Assembly (NCBI RefSeq): GCF_001194135.2
Contig: NC_068989.1
Span: forward strand, 94,252,659-94,316,539
Source: Octopus bimaculoides
Taxonomy: Eukaryota
Reading direction: 5' to 3'
DNA length: 63,881 bases
The first letter of the stretch is position 1, and every line of letters starts with the position of its first letter. The translations under genes were made by a program, and so were the position numbers. The notes under the pieces were generated by a model. That model worked only from the letters and a program-made list of their open reading frames with translations. It was not told the DNA's origin and made no database searches. Below, piece by piece: positions 55,470 to 63,881 of this stretch.

Positions 55470-55635
55470 AAACCCAATCACACGTATGTTCATACAGTTT
55501 CCGTCTGCCAATTTCACTCCCAAGGCTTTGGTCGGCCCGAGGCTATGTTCGAAGGTTCTTCCCCAAAATATCGTGCAGTGGGACTCAACTGGTTCCATAT
55601 ATTTGAAAAGGGAGATTCTTAACCATACAGGCATG
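55470..55635 (-). mobile_element. SINE family 2 5' half (head and CORE-like region)
   Basis: Minus strand ggttaagaatc..gagtcccactgc..atagcctcgggccgaccaaagccttgggagtg..gacggaaactg aligns with 19601-19750. Confidence 0.7.
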
Positions 55636-56557
55636 CCTGCATCTAGAGTTAACATCTGAATGTATCTTGAGTTGCGCATGTGAATCAGTTACTTTCGCCA
55701 AAGCTTTATGTTTTAATTTTTTTTCATCGGTCCTAGAGTTTTGTTAAGAGTTTGGAGGACAGAGGCATTGTAAACTGGCTGCAGGTATTTGAGTACAGTT
55801 TTATATGTCACAAATGTGACCAGTTAAATTTCCGATAATATCTGCAGGAGCACTTCATAAGGCAACCACGGTTGCATGTCTTCATTTCCTGTGTTACCAT
55901 TTTATTTGTCATGGGAGATCTGAAAGAAACAAGGTTCTTAATTGATCTAAATGAAGAAATATACTGAGAATTAAGCGTCCCCAAATACACCTCCTATCTT
56001 GTATATAAATACATATATATATATATANNNNNNNNNNNNNNNNNNNNNNNNNNNNNNNNNNNNNNNNNNNNNNNNNNNNNNNNNNNNNNNNNNNNNNNNN
56101 NNNNNNNNNNNNNNNNNNNNNNNNNNNNNNNNNNNNNNNNNNNNNNNNNNNNNNNNNNNNNNNNNNNNNNNNNNNNNNNNNNNNNNNNNNNNNNNNNNNN
56201 NNNNNNNNNNNNNNNNNNNNNNNNNNNNNNNNNNNNNNNNNNNNNNNNNNNNNNNNNNNNNNNNNNNNNNNNNNNNNNNNNNNNNNNNNNNNNNNNNNNN
56301 NNNNNNNNNNNNNNNNNNNNNNNNNNNNNNNNNNNNNNNNNNNNNNNNNNNNNNNNNNNNNNNNNNNNNNNNNNNNNNNNNNNNNNNNNNNNNNNNNNNN
56401 NNNNNNNNNNNNNNNNNNNNNNNNNNNNNNNNNNNNNNNNNNNNNNNNNNNNNNNNNNNNNNNNNNNNNNNNNNNNNNNNNNNNNNNNNNNNNNNNNNNN
56501 NNNNNNNNNNNNNNNNNNNNNNNNNNNNNNNNNNNNNNNNNNNNNNNNNNNNNNNNN

Positions 56558-56627
<70 letters not shown>

Positions 56628-58901
56628 TGTGTGTGTGTATAGTTATGTATTTAAGTATACTGATTACATTTACAACTATTTACACTGACGCTTATTTTAT
56701 GGCTTAATTCGGTTGATAGAGACTGACAGGGATTCTGCTCTATAAGTCACCCAGGAGAACACGCGAATACATCAAAAAAATAGTGAGTGAAGCAACGTGC
56801 TACGAAAGTGCATGCTTCCACACCTGAATTGATTTGAATTTATTTAATAAGCTACCTATGTGCTGCAATATGTAGGCATATTGTTGTTATCTAGGGACAG
56901 TTTATATTTGTAAAATAGCGTACTTGATTAGATTAAAATCAATGTATTATTACTGAATGGTAACGACAGGATCTGACATAACTACCAATGGTATTTCATC
57001 AATGCATATTTTTTTGTATACTGAGTAAATAACGAAACCGCAGCTTGATTCTTCAGTAAATGTATCAGCCATATGAAACCACATTCTGTTAGAACTTACC
57101 CAGGTCAAACGGTGACCATAACTCAACAAGTTGGTACTTGTTTCTTTGAATTGACAGCGAGATGACAGGGACTTAACAAAACATGTATTATATTTAGTTC
57201 AGAAGCATACTTTCTGTACTGGTTTCATATTATGATGAATAGATGTATTATGGAATGAAGCATACTTAGAGAAGGACAGTCTTTCTTTTGTACGCCTATT
57301 CCTTCACTTCCTTCATTGTGTACATGCTCTGCAGATCTTTACACCTATCACTCCTTTCTAATTTTCTTTCTCTCATTCTGCATTTATTCAATAACATTCA
57401 CATATAAATATTTATATTTTCAAATATGTATATATATATATATATNNNNNNNNNNNNNNNNNNNNNNNNNNNNNNNNNNNNNNNNNNNNNNNNNNNNNNN
57501 NNNNNNNNNNNNNNNNNNNNNNNNNNNNNNNNNNNNNNNNNNNNNNNNNNNNNNNNNNNNNNNNNNNNNNNNNNNNNNNNNNNNNNNNNNNNNNNNNNNN
57601 NNNNNNNNNNNNNNNNNNNNNNNNNNNNNNNNNNNNNNNNNNNNNNNNNNNNNNNNNNNNNNNNNNNNNNNNNNNNNNNNNNNNNNNNNNNNNNNNNNNN
57701 NNNNNNNNNNNNNNNNNNNNNNNNNNNNNNNNNNNNNNNNNNNNNNNNNNNNNNNNNNNNNNNNNNNNNNNNNNNNNNNNNNNNNNNNNNNNNNNNNNNN
57801 NNNNNNNNNNNNNNNNNNNNNNNNNNNNNNNNNNNNNNNNNNNNNNNNNNNNNNNNNNNNNNNNNNNNNNNNNNNNNNNNNNNNNNNNNNNNNNNNNNNN
57901 NNNNNNNNNNNNNNNNNNNNNNNNNNNNNNNNNNNNNNNNNNNNNNNNNNNNNNNNNNNNNNNNNNNNNNNNNNNNNNNNNNNAGAGAGAGAGAGAGAGA
58001 GAGAGAAATACAAACAATTTTAAAGAAATATTTCACAAGATTCTGCTATGCCTTTAGTGCTGAAGATTGACATATCACGTCGGCAATATTTCACAAGTGT
58101 ATATAACGACGATGAGAAAAATATCGATCCGTGTTTAGACTAACGAGAGAAAAATGGTACGGTTAGAATAAAAAGAGCTTCCAGAAAAAAAATACACGTA
58201 GAGGAATTGGCTGTAACAACCAATGAAATGCATTTACAGCTTTTATAAATTCACAAAATGGTAGATCTTCGATACTTTCTTACAATAACGTAGGCACTAT
58301 TAGCATTCAATGTATTAGAGAGGCTTTTTTATGTATGTGTCATAATTCCTCATACAGTTTTACGTAATTTTCTCTCAATACTACATTCTTGTTGAGAACT
58401 TGTTATATAATTTCACACACACATACATATGATATATAAGCATGGTATTGTTATCTCCTGTCGTGACAGGTCAACAAAGAGTGTGTTTAGATGAGCTGGT
58501 GCTGCATTGTTGGCAATAGCGGCTGTTCTTTCAATAGCAGACCTTCCTTTCTCTGACAGAGATAAAAATGCAATAAGATGTTTATAACACACGAGAGTAA
58601 TGTTTATGCCAATGAGATGTGTTAATTCATCATAGATACGTATGACCTTGACACACTGTATATATGATATCTATCCATCACCTTATATATACGTTAACAT
58701 TAATAAATATACACATTTCTTTCTCTCTAGAAACACAAATAATGGTATAATAAACACATCTATAAAATATATCTGAAGTACTGAGTTCTCAATTTGATAA
58801 AGTTTGTATTATGTAATGGATATGTTTAATTACTTTCAAATCATTACATTATGACTCATTTAAATATGTGTATACTTCAAAATATTTTGTAGATAGATAG
58901 G

Positions 58902-58941
<40 letters not shown>

Positions 58942-59227
58942 AAGGCAGATAGTTAGACAGACAAACAGATNNNNNNNNNNNNNNNNNNNNNNNNNNNNNN
59001 NNNNNNNNNNNNNNNNNNNNNNNNNNNNNNNNNNNNNNNNNNNNNNNNNNNNNNNNNNNNNNNNNNNNNNNNNNNNNNNNNNNNNNNNNNNNNNNNNNNN
59101 NNNNNNNNNNNNNNNNNNNNNNNNNNNNNNNNNNNNNNNNNNNNNNNNNNNNNNNNNNNNNNNNNNNTATTTCGTATGTGTATTTCGTGTGCAAGATTCT
59201 TGATGTGGATACGTGTGTTGAAAGAAA

Positions 59228-59408
59228 TACAATTAAACCTTGGGAGAGGCATTATGCCGGTAATAAACACACGCACTGGTTCAGTCCTTTATTAATTTAT
59301 ATAGTTTTTTGTTAAATTATTTCATTGCACTCTTGCAATCTCTTCAGTAACTTGTCTCTCCACTTCCATTTATTACCGGCATAATGCCTCTCCCAAGGTT
59401 TAATTGTA
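59228..59408. mobile_element. MITE-like element with a perfect 40-bp inverted repeat (TA plus 38-bp TIR)
   Basis: 59228-59267 is the exact reverse complement of 59369-59408, with a 101-bp spacer. Confidence 0.7.
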
Positions 59409-59869
59409 AACATATATTGTTCTCCTGGAAATATTCAAGCAACACCTCGCCGAGAAATTGGAAACAACAATATGAAATAAGTAATTTCTCCAGTATAAAA
59501 TAAGTAAAGTCTCTACCTCTCTCTGCAAGGATTTAGCCAAACCGTTTGGAATTATAAAATTTGGAAATTGCTAAAAATAAATATTAATATAATGCACTGT
59601 CAAGTAGTGCTTCAGCTAAGTAGCACCGTGAACTCAAACTAATGTATTTTGAAACAGATGAAAAGGGGGACAAAGTCTACATTTAAAATCTCTGGAACTT
59701 ATAAACAAGTGATTGAATTAAGGTCTTCTTCCTAAATGAATGTAAAACAAATATAAATTTCATAGAGAAGCAGAAATGAAAATTTTCGTGATCTAAAAAT
59801 AACGACATTGAGCATACTTTGTAAATGTGCGTGAAAGGGTGAGGCAGCTTCTACTATGAGTAAAAGGTC

Positions 59870-60010
59870 TCAAGTTTGGTGAGGTTGTAGTCGATTAGAT
59901 CAACTTCAGTATTGAACTGGTACTTATCGATACCAAAATGTTGAAAGGCAAAGTAAATAAATCTGAACGTAAACAGATGAAAAAAATGCAAGTGATTCCG
60001 CCATTTGGAA
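59870..60010 (-). mobile_element. SINE family 3, very decayed
   Basis: gtcgattagatc..actggtactt..tgaaaggcaaagt..ctgaacgtaaac. Confidence 0.5.
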
Positions 60011-60780
60011 GATCAGGAAATATAATTCCGCCCAGCGTATGCGTCATCGCAAAAACGTCTTGCGATTTTACAAAACACCAAATAAGTAAGATATATTTTC
60101 GACGTAGAGAGTGTGTTTAAAACCATTTCTCTGCAAAAGACAAAGGAAATTGTACAAAATAATTTAATCATCCAAGCATTAGACAGATAGATTCAGAGCA
60201 TAAATCGGTTATTCTAATAGACACAACTGAAAGATAAAACATTAGAATGCAAGCAACAATACCTTTTACAGATATATCAGATATCACATGTATGAAAACA
60301 TACACAGCTCCACATAAAATATATCATAATTCTCACGTGAACACAGACTAGAGAGCAGGTGGACAGATGAAAATATCGTTAATCTGAATTGCAAATACTT
60401 CACAGCGAAGATAAATTAGCACTAATGAAATATAACAAAATCGCGAACATTGAAATTTTAACAAATCCCCTCAGGCATTGAAATCGCAGAACCTTTTTAA
60501 CATATAAAACCATTTGTAATTAAAAAAATTAGGAAATTGCTAAAAATAAATATTAATGTAATGCCCTGTCAAGTATTCAATGCAACTTAGCTGAAGCAAA
60601 ATCCTTTTTCTAAACGTGCATTTATGAATGCATACAAACAAACATACACAAACACACTAACACACACACACACACATGTGTGTGTTTGTCACTGTTCGCA
60701 CATATGTGTGTTTACCAACGCTGAATTCGTAAACGACTACGTTTCTACAGTTCTATATTTAGGAGATGAGGAATTGTGCA

Positions 60781-60859
60781 TATTGTTTACATTTGACAGA
60801 TATTTGTCCTCATCTTGTTTGTTTTTAACACAACGTTTCGGCTGATATACCCACCAGCT

Positions 60860-60957
<98 letters not shown>

Positions 60958-61034
60958 TCACTGGTTTGAATCGAACTCGGAATCTTGGAATTATTAGCCC
61001 ACGATCTTAACCAGTACGCTATATGCCATTGGGT
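60781..61034 (-). mobile_element. SINE family 4, second copy (middle deleted, linker expanded into inverted TAA/TTA)
   Basis: Head ggcatatagcgtactggttaag..gagttcgattc..gtgacctg and 3' region cagccgaaacgttgtgtt..gatgaggacaaatatc..aatgtaaac align with 42825-43563. Confidence 0.8.
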
Positions 61035-61829
61035 TACGTTTATATACATCACAAAACCATGCTCTGTGGTCTTGCAATATTCTACTTCAGTACAACACTC
61101 TGTATCTCTTCACTTGTGAAGCAATACGCAAACAGATATACAGAAAAACACAAAACATATATAATGTCTCTCATACACCAATATTCGGTTTATTTATAGA
61201 AAACGAGGACAGTAAATCGTAAGTCCTTCGTCTCGAAAACTTGATCCGATATTCAATAAAAGAATGTTAACTTCATTACACCAATAATACTCTAAAGAAA
61301 GGCTTAAACATCATGTGATAGAAATACATCTATTCTAAAATATACCGGTTTGATATCACGTCAAGATGAAATCAGAATTCCATTTCCGTTTATGGCATAA
61401 ATTATTTAGAATAGCGTACATTTCTCAACAGATCAGTATTGAAACGCTTACTTTGTTCGTAAATATCAGAGTAAAATATATTTCCATAGTAGTTTCGTTC
61501 GGAGTTAAATATCAAATCTACATCAAATTCGAAAAGAAGTTAAATTTCAGCAGTGCATCATGTGCATACTTTGAATAGAATCACATTCAAACATACTCAT
61601 CTTCTATCTCTCAAAATCTTTATTATTTATAAAACTTGAAAGTCACAATAAACGTCCAGTCACAAAATAGCCATGAAGTGAAGAACTCTATAAAGACATA
61701 ACAGACTTTAACTCGAAAATTCTGATATAATATTCTTACATTGATGGCTAACAAGAGAATGTCCGTCGTATAGCTAGCTGCTTGGTATATATTTTCACGA
61801 TATGTTAAACTAAAAATTCTTTACCATCA

Positions 61830-61881
<52 letters not shown>

Positions 61882-61890
61882 CTGTGTGTG

Positions 61891-61930
<40 letters not shown>

Positions 61931-62382
61931 CATATATATATAGAGAGGGGCACTTTAACCGCTTGCCTAGTTATTCATGCATTCCAATCAATGTTTTAAC
62001 TTTTTTAAATATAAATTTCGGTCAGCAGCACTTGTTTGTATCTGTTCATTTGTTAGGGACAACACTAAACAGCATTCGAATTATAAGAGATAGTTATTAG
62101 ATGTAATCTAGAAATTCGATAAGGATTTAAAAAAAGAACAAAAGGGATTCATAAATGAAGATTCAGCCCCATTAGTTACATTTATTTTTAATCATATTTC
62201 TCTGTTTCTTTTCCTACATGGTGTGTTGACGTCCTCCTCTAAACTGCTACTACACCATAAAGTGACATAACACTTTATTCCACTTGCCAATGTAGAGTAT
62301 TGGCAATTGCGAATGAATTTCATCCTTCCCTGATTCTCGATGATCTACATAGGACTGCGTATTTATGAATATCATTAATATT

Positions 62383-62581
62383 CGTTTCTAATTTCGGCAC
62401 AAGGTCAGCAATTTTAAGGTTGGAGTAAGTCGATTACATAGACCCCAGTGCGTAACTGGTACTTATTTTATCGACTCCCAAAGAATGAAAGGCAAAGTCG
62501 ACCCCGGCTGCATTTGATCTCAGAATACAAAGTCGAACAAAATGCCGCCACTGTTCTCCTAGATCTCTGCCGCCCTATTTC
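62383..62581 (-). mobile_element. SINE family 3 with an 11-bp TSD
   Basis: tcattaatatt at 62372-62382 and 62582-62592. Confidence 0.85.
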
Positions 62582-62689
62582 TCATTAATATTGCTGTTTT
62601 TCTTCCTGTTAGTTTCTTTGTCTCCGTCTTCATGTTTCTTATAATGGCAGAATTGTTATCGCATCGAAAAATTGCTTAGAGACATTTAT

Positions 62690-62812
62690 TTCAGCTCTTT
62701 AGCTTCTGAGTTCAAAGGTTGTCGAGGATGATTTTGCCTTCCAGGATCAATAAAATAAATACTAGTTGAGCACCGCGGTCGATGTAATTCACATACCGCT
62801 TCCCTTATGATT
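62690..62812 (+). mobile_element. SINE family 3, decayed partial copy
   Basis: ctgagttcaaa..tttgccttcc..gatcaataaaataaatactagttgagcac..ggtcgatgtaat. Confidence 0.55.
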
Positions 62813-62814
62813 GT

Positions 62815-63459
62815 TGATCCTGTGCCAGAATTAGAAAGAATCATGTTAGAATTCACCATATCTATGCTTATTAGTGAATCCAACTTCAGGTCATATTTTC
62901 TGATAATTATCGTCGACACATTTGAATGCGAGGAAGTATTTTGTGTTTCTTTATTATTTAACCAGCAACATACTTTATTCAATTCTTATGCTTCAAATGA
63001 AAAGGATGGGATGAGTAGTATTGACACCTTACCAAATACCATTACATTCTGAGTCCAAATGCTGAAGATTTCAATTTACTTATCGTTCCTTTGAAGAGGA
63101 TGAACTTTGAACCATTGTATATTTTTAACTGTAATTAAAGAATTATATATTTGACATTTTATATTTTGTTGCACACAAAGGTTTGATAACGCAAAGCGTA
63201 CTTTTGGAGTAAAACGATGCAGATTAACGAGCGTTAATACAAAATGATTGGAATGATTATACTGCACTGATGTCTCGAGTGAAAAAGCGAATTTGTTACA
63301 AATCTTCAAATGCCATACCAAAAATAATGGTTTTGCAAATCAAATTTCAAATTCTGTACACCAAGAGGAATTGAGAATGTTCATACCAATGTTATCATTC
63401 TCAGGCTTCGAAAAAGTAACATAAGAAGATTGAAATTTCGCTAAATCTAAATTGAAACA
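62815..63459 (-). pseudogene. Unidentified decayed reading frame
   Basis: One minus frame has only three stops (at 63340, 63076 and 62986) over about 215 codons of AT-rich DNA. No family recognised. Confidence 0.35.
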
Positions 63460-63826
63460 TTACACCAGCCTCATATATCCCTTTGCTCTTTGTCACATGC
63501 AGCATCCTATGAAATCTACAGCATATTTCCATTTTCCAATAACTCTTACATTTCACACTGAATTGAAATCCTGATATTCTACTTTAATATTAAGATATGA
63601 AACGTCAGTTTATATATGTTTAACTTCATCATTGGTTACGTGTGTAGTATTTCTTCTGTCCAAACGATAACATATGAAACTTAGCATGGTACATGCTCAG
63701 GCAATTCATTCAAATATTCTCATCTATAACACCAAAACCTTCTCGCATGATTTTCACAGAGACACACTTCTTATGAACGCATTTCATTATCCGTTTAAAG
63801 TGGTTAGATTTCATATATATATATAC

Positions 63827-63881
<55 letters not shown>

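Noticed and set aside
58427-58552. Minus-strand candidate exon KGRSAIERTAAIANNAAPAHLNTLFVDL
   Set aside because: Isolated and unrecognised, with no supporting neighbouring exons.
140-61052. The many ORFs in the track rich in YI/HT/CV/LS repeats or X
   Set aside because: They are translations of dinucleotide or tetranucleotide microsatellites and N-gaps, not genes.
63555-63612. GAAACGTC suggesting a hammerhead
   Set aside because: No CUGANGA core or pairing stems upstream.

Overview
This is an AT-rich eukaryotic (animal) window with dense microsatellites and ten N-gaps (1021-1190, 2119-2128, 10312-10615, 12171-12741, 39333-39898, 50932-50941, 54352-54798, 56028-56557, 57446-57983, 58971-59167). 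The repeat make-up looks like a cephalopod (octopus) genome, but that is inference. I could not support any intact host gene, and most ORFs in the track are microsatellite or gap artefacts or transposon fragments. The recognisable content is four families of tRNA-headed SINEs, CR1-type, Tx1-type and RTE-type LINE fragments, at least five distinct RLE-endonuclease (R4/Dong-like) non-LTR families, two mariners, one IR/DR Tc1 element and two MITEs. The best leads are: (1) a tRNA-headed SINE whose 3' part reconstructs, from two defective copies, into a minimal hammerhead ribozyme of the dimer-cleaving type; (2) retrotransposons that each sit inside a specific microsatellite (TAA, CATA, GATA), including two RLE elements nested in the TAA linker of the ribozyme SINE; (3) a CR1 LINE and a SINE sharing a 3' tail with compensatory stem-loop changes; (4) an unidentified stop-poor reading frame near the right end. 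All family assignments are by-eye motif recognition; no searches were run.
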